The notes beneath the pieces are model-generated. The model ran no database searches. It was not told the origin of the DNA and saw nothing but the letters and a program-made list of their open reading frames with translations. From a virus: 64,000 nucleotides of DNA. The stretch covers positions 8,744 to 72,743 of the IMG/VR virus record IMGVR_UViG_3300035698_006643; one strand, 5' to 3'. The position numbers and the translations under genes were made by a program. Shown piece after piece: positions 20,185-29,722 of the stretch (within the stretch, counting starts at the first letter, position 1; every line of letters begins with the position of its first letter).

Positions 20185-21057
20185 TCATATTGCGACCCCC
20201 AAACGACCAGCTTCCCTCTGAAAATGGCGTTTGAAGTCCATTTCTCCACGGTCTGCCCAGAATTCCCCAGGGTCTTTGCCTGGATACTGGGCTACCCTTA
20301 CATCAAAATCAGGTCCGAAACGCTTCTTAGCTATCTCGACACCTTTCTTACCAGCTTCGTCCTGGTCTATGGCCAATACTACAACATCTGCGTACCGCTT
20401 CACGAATTGGATCTGTTTCCACCCAGGAGAATCAAACGTGATTGCCACAGTGTTGGGGATTACCCGCTGAAGTGGAAACCAATCGAACACTCCTTCGACA
20501 AGCCAAACGACCTTTGTGTCCCAGATAGACTGGATTGCCAGCGGTAATCCAAACAAGAACGCAGTTGATGTGGCGTGGCTCATTGTAAACTTGGAATAGT
20601 TCTTTTCGATGTGGTCACCGGTCAAGACACCGACGACATCACCTGCCTGGTCTGTCAATGGGTATGAAATGTGGTCCCTTATCCGCTTGAGGCCCCATGA
20701 CCACTTCTTGAAAGCTACCTGGTCCGGATCATTCGTTGGGGTGAATGCCCCAAAGACAGACCCTAAAGACAACCCATCAATCTGGTCTTCGGAAGCTCCC
20801 CGTCCGCACAAGTACTCGAAGTGCTCAAGGTCTAGTCGGAGCGAGAACCGGCGAACCAGGTCAGCTAGAAATCTTCCCTGCAAGAACCACCCCTTGAAGG
20901 TTGTGAACCATGTATCCAGCGTCAGTACCATAGTCGTGATACAACCCGACAAACTCAGGATGTGCCGTGAATAGCCACAGTCCCTTTGGAATCTCTTCCG
21001 TGAACAACGTCGGCAGACCTGCTTCAAACAGCAAATGATTGCAGACGCTGTCTTCAT
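20185..21057 (-). CDS. DNA primase, Toprim domain (true start probably near 20883-20931; no zinc-binding domain)
   Basis: VWLVEGVFD; AIDQDEAG; KDPGE. Confidence 0.85.
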   Translation of the reverse strand: MKTASAIICCLKQVCRRCSRKRFQRDCGYSRHILSLSGCITTMVLTLDTWFTTFKGWFLQGRFLADLVRRFSLRLDLEHFEYLCGRGASEDQIDGLSLGSVFGAFTPTNDPDQVAFKKWSWGLKRIRDHISYPLTDQAGDVVGVLTGDHIEKNYSKFTMSHATSTAFLFGLPLAIQSIWDTKVVWLVEGVFDWFPLQRVIPNTVAITFDSPGWKQIQFVKRYADVVVLAIDQDEAGKKGVEIAKKRFGPDFDVRVAQYPGKDPGEFWADRGEMDFKRHFQREAGRLGVAI

Positions 21058-21481
21058 CTTTGGCCCGGTCTAACTTGAATGTGTCTGGGTGAACGAACAG
21101 CTTGTTCACCACAAGCTCATTTTCCCCAAACCGTACAAGGACGTCATCCACCCCTTGAAGGGTCATTGGCTGTGCTTGCACGCATCCCCAGCCGTATAAT
21201 CGTCCCTGGTCGTAGATGAACTTCACCAGTTCCCCAAAAACCCCTGTGGCAGTCTTACAGTAGACCCCATAGCGGACTAAGCCGTTGTTAGTGTCGCCGT
21301 CTTCAGCACTCTTGGACCGGAACCCAGGGTGAACTACAGGTTTCGCCCGACTGTTGGAAACGATGAATGGTTTCAAGGAGAGGTCTATGGGTGCCTGAAC
21401 AAAGCCGACAAACGGCTTATTCGGGTCGCCTGGAACCGTCTCTTTGTTGTACAGCAGCATTTGTTTGAAAAGTTCATCCAT
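20861..21481 (-). CDS. Hypothetical protein
   Basis: 206 aa in operon. Confidence 0.55.
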   Translation of the reverse strand: MDELFKQMLLYNKETVPGDPNKPFVGFVQAPIDLSLKPFIVSNSRAKPVVHPGFRSKSAEDGDTNNGLVRYGVYCKTATGVFGELVKFIYDQGRLYGWGCVQAQPMTLQGVDDVLVRFGENELVVNKLFVHPDTFKLDRAKDEDSVCNHLLFEAGLPTLFTEEIPKGLWLFTAHPEFVGLYHDYGTDAGYMVHNLQGVVLAGKISS

Positions 21482-21938
21482 AGAGCCACCCCCAGAAAGC
21501 CACCCACGCCATCACAAAAGGATTCGGACGTTGGAGGTCAGTATCTATCGTGGCTTCCCCGAGGACCCAAAGGAGGGACCGAACATCCCTGAACTCAGGG
21601 TCAGTCCGATAGTTACGGTTGATATGCTGTATCAATTCAGCGTAAAGACTGTCTAAATTTTTCTTGAAAATGAATGACCTACAGGATTGAGCCTGTTCCG
21701 GGCGGTTGCAATCAACTACGAGTTCCTGAGTGGACAGAAGGTTGCAGACACAGAACGGGGTCCCGTCTGGGAAGTCAACACTCGTTTCTTGATTGAAAGC
21801 ACAGTTCGACGGTAGTGGCTTGAGTGCTGATTTTGAATAGCGCTGGTAGTGCCGAAAGACGACTCTACGCAGCTTCTTCGTCACTTGGGTCTGGTTCTTC
21901 ACACCGTACCTGCTTGTAGGTCGTTTCCCCTTCCCCAT
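21474..21938 (-). CDS. Hypothetical Cys-containing protein
   Basis: 154 aa; five Cys; hydrophobic C-terminus. Confidence 0.55.
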   Translation of the reverse strand: MGKGKRPTSRYGVKNQTQVTKKLRRVVFRHYQRYSKSALKPLPSNCAFNQETSVDFPDGTPFCVCNLLSTQELVVDCNRPEQAQSCRSFIFKKNLDSLYAELIQHINRNYRTDPEFRDVRSLLWVLGEATIDTDLQRPNPFVMAWVAFWGWLYG

Positions 21939-22530
21939 TTATGCTGGCGTTATAAGCCGTATGGGCATGTTCGAGAAATTCAGTAATGTGGGTCACCATC
22001 AGGAGATTCAGTCCAGTCTTCGCACAGAACTTCCGGAGGAACTCCCCCATCGCTGTGCGGTACTTTTCTGACAGAGCTCCCAACGGTTCATCAGCCACAA
22101 CGAGCGGAACCAACCCAAGGCGAAGCGTAGTGAACAAGCGAAGGATAAGCCCCTGACTGACGGCAATACCGCCGCCAAAGGCTTCCATCACATCACCCTG
22201 GACTTCCCCATAGGCTTTTTCTTCGATAGTCTCCAGGTCAACATTGACCCGGTTTCTCTTCACCGAAATCTGAGGCTGTACCGATAGCTTCTTGTCCGTA
22301 AAAATGGCCCGCATCCCTTCAGTTAGAAGGGACGCAAGGTCTTCGGCTTTGGACTTCAGCATCAGGTCCAATAACGTGTGAAGTACCGCCACGACCTTTG
22401 TGTACAGGTCTACGGACTCCGTGATTTGAATAATCTGAGCTTCAGTCGCCTTCACACGACTTTTAGCACCATCACGGAGCCCCTGAAGACGGCTAGATTC
22501 AGCCATCAACTGTTCGATTCGTTCTTGCAT
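21865..22530 (-). CDS. SbcC/Rad50 ATPase, C-terminal half
   Basis: Coiled coil; signature-like AFGGG; Walker B VVADEP; H-loop MVTH. Confidence 0.85.
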   Translation of the reverse strand: MQERIEQLMAESSRLQGLRDGAKSRVKATEAQIIQITESVDLYTKVVAVLHTLLDLMLKSKAEDLASLLTEGMRAIFTDKKLSVQPQISVKRNRVNVDLETIEEKAYGEVQGDVMEAFGGGIAVSQGLILRLFTTLRLGLVPLVVADEPLGALSEKYRTAMGEFLRKFCAKTGLNLLMVTHITEFLEHAHTAYNASINGEGETTYKQVRCEEPDPSDEEAA

Positions 22531-22532
22531 CG

Positions 22533-23729
22533 CTAGTCCTTCAACGCCGTGAACAATGTCAGACGGACTTCTTGTCCACCGGCAATGTCTTCAACGGACC
22601 GGAAACGGATGAACTGGCCTGGAGACATCAGGATATCAAATTCATCCGGCATTCCGACAAGACCCTGTAAGCATCTCTTCCATAGCACAGGAATGCTTCA
22701 CGGGCCGGCTTCATCTTCCCGAACAACCGGAACGATTAGTCCAAACGGCTTCCGTCTGTCTGGCGTCATAGCCTGAAGGCCCAGATTGATTGCACCTGAT
22801 TCGTCACCCAGTGTCAGGGCGATATAGGAAGAAGAACCCCCCCCGACGCTCTTCGTTGTATCCATCGCTGACTTCAGTATCATCAAGTTGGAGTGGAGGT
22901 CATCCCTCTTGACTCTCAATACCACAGGTTCCTTCAGGTCAGCCGTCGGGTTGATTGTAGTCGGTGGTGGGAAGGACGCTGACTTCTTGATACCGAACGT
23001 ACACCCTCCACACATGAAGTGGTACATATCCGGCGCTTCCAGAACTTCGACATCTGTCCCGTCGATTTCGTCTTCATCGGCAGACTTGAGCTTCGACAAA
23101 ACAGATACGAGCTTTGTGCAGTCACTCTCTTGAAGCAGGAACTTCTTCTTGTCAACAATCCCAGGAGTCTGATACGCCCCGACAATCTTTCCATTCATCC
23201 CGATGAAGAACCCGTTCATGCTTTCAACGAAAGCGAAATTGGGGTCTTTCTTGGAGACGAACTCTTTCGTGAAGGCCAATCCCATCTCCAGCGTTTTCAA
23301 CTTGAAGATGTCCATGGGTTCAGCCGTGGACATAGTCCCTTCGTAGCTGAAATGTTCGTTCGTTTCCCAGAACTGGTACGGGATAGGCTGTCGGTTTCCA
23401 AAAGTGACGCTAACATACTTCCCGCCACCTTCTTCCTGGACTTCCATCAGAATGGAATCTTCCTTGGCGTATGGAAGGGCCGCTGTCATCCGGGCACATT
23501 CCATCGAGAAAACTTCACCACCGCTCACGTCTTCCGATTCCATCGGAATCGTAAGTCTTGACATGAACCGCCCGTCATATCCTGCAATTTCCAGTTCGGT
23601 AGGGCTCAGGCAACGGAACATCAAGCCTTTCCGCCACATCCATTCGTCTCTGGGTTCAACAACAGCACAGGCGATACCTGCGATTGTCACCGCTCGTTGA
23701 AATTCTTCAGTGTTGACTCTAACCTTCAT
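22533..23729 (-). CDS. dnaN: DNA polymerase III beta clamp with in-frame TGA at 22698-22700
   Basis: MKVRVNTEEF..., IAGYDGRF and three-domain size; frame stays open 54 codons past the TGA to a TAG at 22533, 2 nt before the next start. Confidence 0.7.
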
Positions 23730-23994
23730 CGGTTTCCTCCGTAAATTTCTTCAGGCTTTCCTCTGCAATAGTGAGGTCGGCCTCAAATGATTCAAGGGAG
23801 CCCTGGAGTGCTTCCTTCTTTTCCTTCAATACATCCTGAATCGTATCGGGGTCATACCCTGCTTCCGTAATCTCAGAACGCAGGCGTTTCTGTTCTGATT
23901 CCAGATGGTCTTTACGACCCACCAGTGCCGCTTTCTGGGAAGCCAGGCTGTCCCGCCGTTTCTTCAAAGATTCAAGTTCCTGTACTGTTGCCAT
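23719..23994 (-). CDS. Small coiled-coil protein (possible SbcC arm segment)
   Basis: 91-aa heptad pattern; lies between the SbcC halves. Confidence 0.6.
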   Translation of the reverse strand: MATVQELESLKKRRDSLASQKAALVGRKDHLESEQKRLRSEITEAGYDPDTIQDVLKEKKEALQGSLESFEADLTIAEESLKKFTEETDEG

Positions 23995-24005
23995 ATCCTA
24001 CACCC

Positions 24006-24884
24006 CTAAAGTTTCAGGACCCCCTTGGGTCCAAAGTCAATCTTATCATCAGGCTTAGTTCTTGCGGCCTTCCGCTTTACCTGCATTGCACTATATGGGA
24101 TACAACTCCCAGCGACCTGGGCGTAGCGACAATAACGACAAGCCGAAGGCGTTGGGGTCGCATCAAATTCTTCACGCTTCACCGCATTTGTCATCTGAAT
24201 CAGGCGGTCACGAAGGTCTCTTAGGTCCGCTGCCGTCCAGAAGATTTCGTCCCACATCTTGCCTGTGTCCCAAACCCCGGCTTCATTTCGTTCAGCGAAA
24301 CGATACCACCAGAAAACCAGCTTCTTGGGTACTATCTGTTCGGACAAGAACGTGGCCAAAGCATAGAACAGCAACTGGTCACTAGAATTGAATCTGCCCT
24401 TCTTGCGGCCAGCTTTTCCGTCCACAATCCAGACTTCGTCAGCAGATGCGTAACGAAAGTCAATCCGCCCCCCGACTTCGTCTTCATTCGTCAGCTTTCC
24501 CTTCACAAAGATTTCGACATCGGTCTGAGGAGCTAGAAGCTTGTAGTCCTTTACGGACTGCAAGATACCGGGAAGGATGTCCTGTACCCCCTGAATAATC
24601 GTTTCAGGTGTGTCATTGAAGAACGGGGCTTCCCAATTCACATAGATGTCCCGAAGACACAAGTCGAGAACTTCTGGAACAGCATCCACCATCCTCTGTA
24701 AAACCGAAGACCCGTCAAGGTACCATCGTTCCTTGTAGAACAGTTCCATCAACTTCTGGGTGACTGTCCCAAAGATAGCGTAATGGTGGCTGTCGTCGCC
24801 CTTCCCTTCATCCATTATCCACTTTCGGTAGAATCGTGAAGGACACTCTTTGAAGTCGCTGTAGGAACTGTACGAAACAAACAT
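24006..24884 (-). CDS. PD-(D/E)XK nuclease, AddB/Cas4-like with Fe-S cysteines
   Basis: SYSS...CP; GRIDF; IVDGKAG; QLLFYA; CRYC...C. Confidence 0.85.
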   Translation of the reverse strand: MFVSYSSYSDFKECPSRFYRKWIMDEGKGDDSHHYAIFGTVTQKLMELFYKERWYLDGSSVLQRMVDAVPEVLDLCLRDIYVNWEAPFFNDTPETIIQGVQDILPGILQSVKDYKLLAPQTDVEIFVKGKLTNEDEVGGRIDFRYASADEVWIVDGKAGRKKGRFNSSDQLLFYALATFLSEQIVPKKLVFWWYRFAERNEAGVWDTGKMWDEIFWTAADLRDLRDRLIQMTNAVKREEFDATPTPSACRYCRYAQVAGSCIPYSAMQVKRKAARTKPDDKIDFGPKGVLKL

Positions 24885-25861
24885 CAGGAAGCCTCCTCCG
24901 CTTCACCACGAAGGAGTTCAAGAACGACAGACCGGACATCGTCCGCTATGTCTATGTCCTTGAGCATCCCTTCCAGGTCGTCTTTCGTACTTACAGTCGC
25001 TTCGTGTTTGAGGCGGGCCACAAAGGTTTCAATCTGCTTGTCTTCGTATTGCTGTTGCTGTCGTTCTTCCACCTTGAAGATATTGCTTGCCGGTTCTACT
25101 TCAAGAGGGACAACTTCGACCGCTACCCCATCCTTCTTGATATCCAAGACAGCGACTTTGGGGATTCGGTCCATCGTTTCGTAGCGTAGCGACCCACGAC
25201 TAACCGCCCCCAGATTTACAAACACCTTCCCATCAATCTCTTCTACGCCCTGGTCCATGTGCCAGTGCCCAAAGCACCAGACATCGACCCAGGGGAATTC
25301 AGAAATCAGGTCATAGTACTTGAACACTGGGGTACCGTAGAACTCACCACCAGCTTTGGAGGCAAAGTAGTGAACCACAGCCACCGTCTTATCAACTGGG
25401 TAAGCAGGCGGGTAAAGTGCTTCCTTTAGGTCCTCTAGGGTCATTCGCTTCTGGTATGGGACGGCCCGCACACTAATCTTACCAGCTTTTTCGTGGATGA
25501 TGCCGGGGCCAGCCCGCAACAGTGTCACCGCCCCAGATTCAGCCAGTACCTGAAGCGGCTGCTTATCCAAAGAGTCGAGACTGTCGTGGGTGATGTCGTG
25601 GTTCCCAGGAACCACGAAGGTCGGAATCTTTGCTTCCTTGTGGACTCGAATCAGGTCAACCATCAACGAATGGCTATTCCGACTCGGGCTCTTCAAGTAA
25701 AAGAGGTCACCGCCGTCAAGAATCGCATCAGCCCCACGGTCCTGTGCTATGCGATTAATCTGTCGGAGCTTTCCCAGTATGGTTGCCTTCCAGTCGTCGG
25801 TACGACTTTCTGGAGCCCGGTCTGCAATGTGGACGTCTGTCCTAAAAACGAATCGACTCAT
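24884..25861 (-). CDS. sbcD: SbcD/Mre11 metallophosphoesterase nuclease
   Basis: TDVH; GGDLF; PGNHD; GHWH. Confidence 0.9.
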   Translation of the reverse strand: MSRFVFRTDVHIADRAPESRTDDWKATILGKLRQINRIAQDRGADAILDGGDLFYLKSPSRNSHSLMVDLIRVHKEAKIPTFVVPGNHDITHDSLDSLDKQPLQVLAESGAVTLLRAGPGIIHEKAGKISVRAVPYQKRMTLEDLKEALYPPAYPVDKTVAVVHYFASKAGGEFYGTPVFKYYDLISEFPWVDVWCFGHWHMDQGVEEIDGKVFVNLGAVSRGSLRYETMDRIPKVAVLDIKKDGVAVEVVPLEVEPASNIFKVEERQQQQYEDKQIETFVARLKHEATVSTKDDLEGMLKDIDIADDVRSVVLELLRGEAEEAS

Positions 25862-27030
25862 TTGACCTCCCGTTCACATAAGGGACATACAGTCCCGAGT
25901 GCTTCGGTCCAGTCTTCCTCAGTCTGATGAATCTCATCGTTCAATTCAGTTAGGTCTTTCATTGTCGTTGAAAGTGCGTACTGAAGCGACTGACCCGCTG
26001 ACAGCCAGAGTTCCATCCGTTGTATGCCCTTCACCATCGAAGAGACATCTTTGTCCTGGGGGACTTCAACATCTTCGACGCCTATGAGGTTCTGAAGAAG
26101 CCCGCCGATAGATTTCAGGCGCTGACTAAATGCTTCAGCATCTACAATTTCCTGGTGAAGTTCCCGGAAGTCCACCGATTCAGGGATACTGACTCCAGAC
26201 ACACCAGTAAGTGAATCAATCGTTTCCTGACCAGCTACCATCAACATAGCAAAACGCCCGACGGTCTTGACATCTTCCAGAAGCCCTTCGACCGAATCAG
26301 CACTGGGGATTGCCACAAGATTGATACCATCAAGAGTCGCCACATCTACCATAAGGGTCTGAAAGGTCTTCTGCTGGACCTGAAGGGCCTGGTACGCCCT
26401 CCCTTCAACCTGGATAGACTTCCACCTACCCTTGACTAATTCAACGCCCTGTACCGCATCGTCAAGACCTTCATAGACCAGAAGTTCAGCCTGGTCGTCT
26501 TCCAGGTCAGAAGTGCGGACTTTAAGCTGGCTCTTGAAGTCTCGGAGTCGTTTCTCACCCATCCGAATAGCAGGGTTCACCCGTTCAATCCCAGTCACCG
26601 AACAGATTGCTTCAGCGATGAAGGACCCGGACTTGTCCAATAGAAACGGTCGGCTACTGTCGTGCTGGTCGGCTATCTGAGGGACAACCCTATCGGACCC
26701 CGACACAAGTTCCCCGAACCCCAGACCTTCCAGAAAGTCTGGACGGCCCCGATTCACAGAACTCAGAAGGTCACCGTTTACAGTGTACTGGTTGACTCCC
26801 TTTCCCTTTTCCCAAATGACATCGACCTTGTCTCCGTCATTCAATTCCACACGGACAACCCCCTTACCCTTATGGATGAAGTGGTTGCCCCCCTGGTTGG
26901 TCATCAATCCCTTTACGGACCGAACCAATGCCGACTTGCCGACATTGGTTTCACCGGCGACAACTGTAAACCCTTTCACCTGGATTTCAGTGTCCTTGAT
27001 GGACTGGTAGTTTTGAATCCGGATTTTCAT
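25858..27030 (-). CDS. SbcC/Rad50 ATPase, N-terminal half ending in zinc hook
   Basis: IQNYQS; GETNVGKS; Q-loop; terminal CPLC. Confidence 0.88.
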   Translation of the reverse strand: MKIRIQNYQSIKDTEIQVKGFTVVAGETNVGKSALVRSVKGLMTNQGGNHFIHKGKGVVRVELNDGDKVDVIWEKGKGVNQYTVNGDLLSSVNRGRPDFLEGLGFGELVSGSDRVVPQIADQHDSSRPFLLDKSGSFIAEAICSVTGIERVNPAIRMGEKRLRDFKSQLKVRTSDLEDDQAELLVYEGLDDAVQGVELVKGRWKSIQVEGRAYQALQVQQKTFQTLMVDVATLDGINLVAIPSADSVEGLLEDVKTVGRFAMLMVAGQETIDSLTGVSGVSIPESVDFRELHQEIVDAEAFSQRLKSIGGLLQNLIGVEDVEVPQDKDVSSMVKGIQRMELWLSAGQSLQYALSTTMKDLTELNDEIHQTEEDWTEALGTVCPLCEREVK

Positions 27031-28313
27031 GTTTGTTCCTCATCGACGGGCAAAAGGTCGGGGTCTTCTTCATCCTTGGCAACCTTTCCATCTACACCGG
27101 GCATATCATCCATGTCCTCGTTTTTGGCGAACTTTGCCCGGTCTTCGTCGGTGATATACAAGTCGTCTTCTTCGTCATCGTCGTCAGTTCCGGCCCCCTT
27201 CGCCTCGATCCGCTTCAAGTCCGAATCAGAGACTTGCATCTGAGTCTTTGAAAGCTTCTCGACAAGTGTCATCAGCGACTTTTCGATTTCGAGATAGACG
27301 GCCTCATTATCTTGCATGAAGGTTCGGACCTGTTCAATCCCTTGAACCTTCATCAGTTCTTCGCCTGTAGCAGTCTTGTAGCTGTACCAAGACCCGGACT
27401 TCACAACCAATTCGTGAAGCTGAGCCAGGTCCAGCACAGTTCTGGACTTATCAAACCCTTCACCAAACCGCATCATAGCCACAACGCTTGACCCTTGCTG
27501 AGCCGTAACCTTGTTCTTCACGCAAATGAAACGGACCTTCATATTCAGGGGAATCTTCTTATTGGTCTTTTCCAGGGGGTCCACAAATTCCTTCAGTTCC
27601 TTACCGATGACTTTCATCGACATCCGAATGGAAGCGTAGTGACGAAGCGCCTTACCGCCTGTCGTGGTTTCAAAGGCGCTGTTTCCCCCACCGGCTGTCA
27701 GATTGATTCCAGTTCGCATCTGGTTCAGGAAGAGAACTGCCGTTTGTTTCCCATACTTCGTGTTCCAGTAGTTCAGGAGCTTGCAGAAACGGCCTGTGAG
27801 GGCGGCGTGGAGGCCAAGACGGTCATCTTTGTCAATGATGTTGTCAGACTCCAGAATCTTCCTGGGAACCATCGCTGCCAACGAATCGTAAATTATCAGG
27901 TCAACACCAGCCGCTAAGAACTGGCCAGCGATATGGGCTCCTTGTTCAAAGTACTCAGGCTGGTACAGGAAGAAGTTGTCGTCGTCGAAATCCATCCCAA
28001 GGGTACGGACATACTGGTGCCGCATCGTGTGTTCGTAATCGTTGTAAACTACTGTCCCACCCTTCCGAAGACAGTCGATAGCAATCTGGGCTGCCAAAGT
28101 GGATTTCCCACACGACTCTGGGCCATAGAGTTCGATGATGTGCCCCCGTGGGAGACCAGAACATTGAAACCCACCGAACCCATAATCAATGAGGGGGTTT
28201 CCAGTGGATACCGCTGGGAGTTCGTCCTTCCCTTCTTTCATAGGAATGAGTCCCAGGGTTTTTTCAAGGGCCTTGACTGCTGCCAGTGACCTTGGTCGTG
28301 CTTTCTTCGCCAT
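27027..28313 (-). CDS. recA: RecA recombinase
   Basis: IELYGPESCGKST; DSLAAMVP; TTGGKALRHYASIR; KNKV; acidic tail. Confidence 0.95.
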   Translation of the reverse strand: MAKKARPRSLAAVKALEKTLGLIPMKEGKDELPAVSTGNPLIDYGFGGFQCSGLPRGHIIELYGPESCGKSTLAAQIAIDCLRKGGTVVYNDYEHTMRHQYVRTLGMDFDDDNFFLYQPEYFEQGAHIAGQFLAAGVDLIIYDSLAAMVPRKILESDNIIDKDDRLGLHAALTGRFCKLLNYWNTKYGKQTAVLFLNQMRTGINLTAGGGNSAFETTTGGKALRHYASIRMSMKVIGKELKEFVDPLEKTNKKIPLNMKVRFICVKNKVTAQQGSSVVAMMRFGEGFDKSRTVLDLAQLHELVVKSGSWYSYKTATGEELMKVQGIEQVRTFMQDNEAVYLEIEKSLMTLVEKLSKTQMQVSDSDLKRIEAKGAGTDDDDEEDDLYITDEDRAKFAKNEDMDDMPGVDGKVAKDEEDPDLLPVDEEQT

Positions 28314-28990
28314 TAGGAAACCTCCGGTGATTCTAAGTCATCCTTTGAAAAAATGAAGTAACGGTCCCCTTCTCTGAAGACCAGACCCTTCTTCAATACA
28401 AGCCCCGCCCGTAGTCCCTTCGTAATTCGGTACTCTCTTAGGTACACGTGGGTTTCGACGACATTGAGGTCGTCGTCACTGAGGTCACCAGCTAAGTACT
28501 TGAAGAACCTGGCTCCAAACCAACCAGCTACCATAGCGTCGGCTTCATGGTTGTTCAACCGCATCTTTGCTTTCTTCACCCCAGGAGGCGCCACCAGCTT
28601 CTTTGCCCAATCAATCATGTCCTGTTTGAACATCTTCCGACCGCCCTGATGCCCGCGAGCCAGCGCTTTAAGCTGGCCTGGAGCAAACAGAACAACATCG
28701 CAACGACAGTCCCGAAGTGCCTGGAGATAGTACAGGTACAGCCCATACAGACCTTCTGAATAGGATGAACCAAAGACAGGTGATTCTGTCCCGACCAAAC
28801 GCACATCAGGATACCGTTGGAGAAGTGTTCTTACCTGGTCTTGAAGATATTTGTAGCGGTCTACGAAGAACATTCGAGGAGTCGTGTGGAACGTCCCCCT
28901 GTCAACTATTCGGCCAACAGGAGGAGCGTCTGAATCCACAAGAACCCAACCGAAATTTCGGAGTGATGGGTCGAATCCGAATGCAAGCAT
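28313..28990 (-). CDS. ruvC: RuvC-like Holliday junction resolvase
   Basis: GFDPSLRNFGW; TESP; HEADA. Confidence 0.85.
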   Translation of the reverse strand: MLAFGFDPSLRNFGWVLVDSDAPPVGRIVDRGTFHTTPRMFFVDRYKYLQDQVRTLLQRYPDVRLVGTESPVFGSSYSEGLYGLYLYYLQALRDCRCDVVLFAPGQLKALARGHQGGRKMFKQDMIDWAKKLVAPPGVKKAKMRLNNHEADAMVAGWFGARFFKYLAGDLSDDDLNVVETHVYLREYRITKGLRAGLVLKKGLVFREGDRYFIFSKDDLESPEVS

Positions 28991-28995
28991 CCTGA

Positions 28996-29658
28996 CTAGG
29001 TGCCGGCAATGAGGTCGTCGAAGTTTGCGGAAGATTCGCTTCCAGTGCTGGCAGAAGGAGCGTCCACACCCAACTTCTCTCGGACTTCTTCGATGGTGAC
29101 TTTGCGGCCAACCTGCACTTTCTTCGCAAGGATACGAACCTTGGACAGAACCTTGGCCTTGAGTTCAGGCTTCATCTGCCAGATGGACTCGTTCTGGACG
29201 AAGAATTCCATGTTCTGGAACTTGGGGTCCTTGTCCTTGGGAGCCCGAATCTTGAGGTCGTGCTTCGCAAGCGGCGTGACTTTGTTGTGTTCACGAAGCG
29301 TGTCGAACTTGCCCTTGTCCATGTACCACGGGACAATAGTGAAGTTGAGTGGCTTCGTGGGCTGTCCGTTCTTGTCGGTATTGTAAATAAGGGCCAGCGT
29401 ACCGATTCGGGCCTTGCCGGTTCCCAACAGTCCAGCGATTTCATCGCTAGAGAGAATCATCCCAAGGTCGGGATGGAAGTGAGTCTCGCCACCGACAAAG
29501 GTGACGTGTTCAGTGTCGAGGTTTCCGTCCTTGTCCTCGTCGAACATCACGATGGCCACCCGCTCGGTCTGACCTCGGGCTTCCATCTTGAAAGGTTTGT
29601 CGCTGTCGAGCAAATCCTTTGGTGCGTTGTCGAATCCGAATTTCATCTGGTCAGTCAT
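28996..29658 (-). CDS. Putative single-stranded DNA-binding protein
   Basis: Start MTDQ with SD GGAG; HDLKI and FQNMEF segments; acidic tail FDDLIAGT; gene context. Confidence 0.6.
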   Translation of the reverse strand: MTDQMKFGFDNAPKDLLDSDKPFKMEARGQTERVAIVMFDEDKDGNLDTEHVTFVGGETHFHPDLGMILSSDEIAGLLGTGKARIGTLALIYNTDKNGQPTKPLNFTIVPWYMDKGKFDTLREHNKVTPLAKHDLKIRAPKDKDPKFQNMEFFVQNESIWQMKPELKAKVLSKVRILAKKVQVGRKVTIEEVREKLGVDAPSASTGSESSANFDDLIAGT

Positions 29659-29722
29659 TTGGTCTCCTCCGTGTTTGGACCTACTATCTGATACAGTTCT
29701 AGTTCTTTCCTCACAGTTCCCC

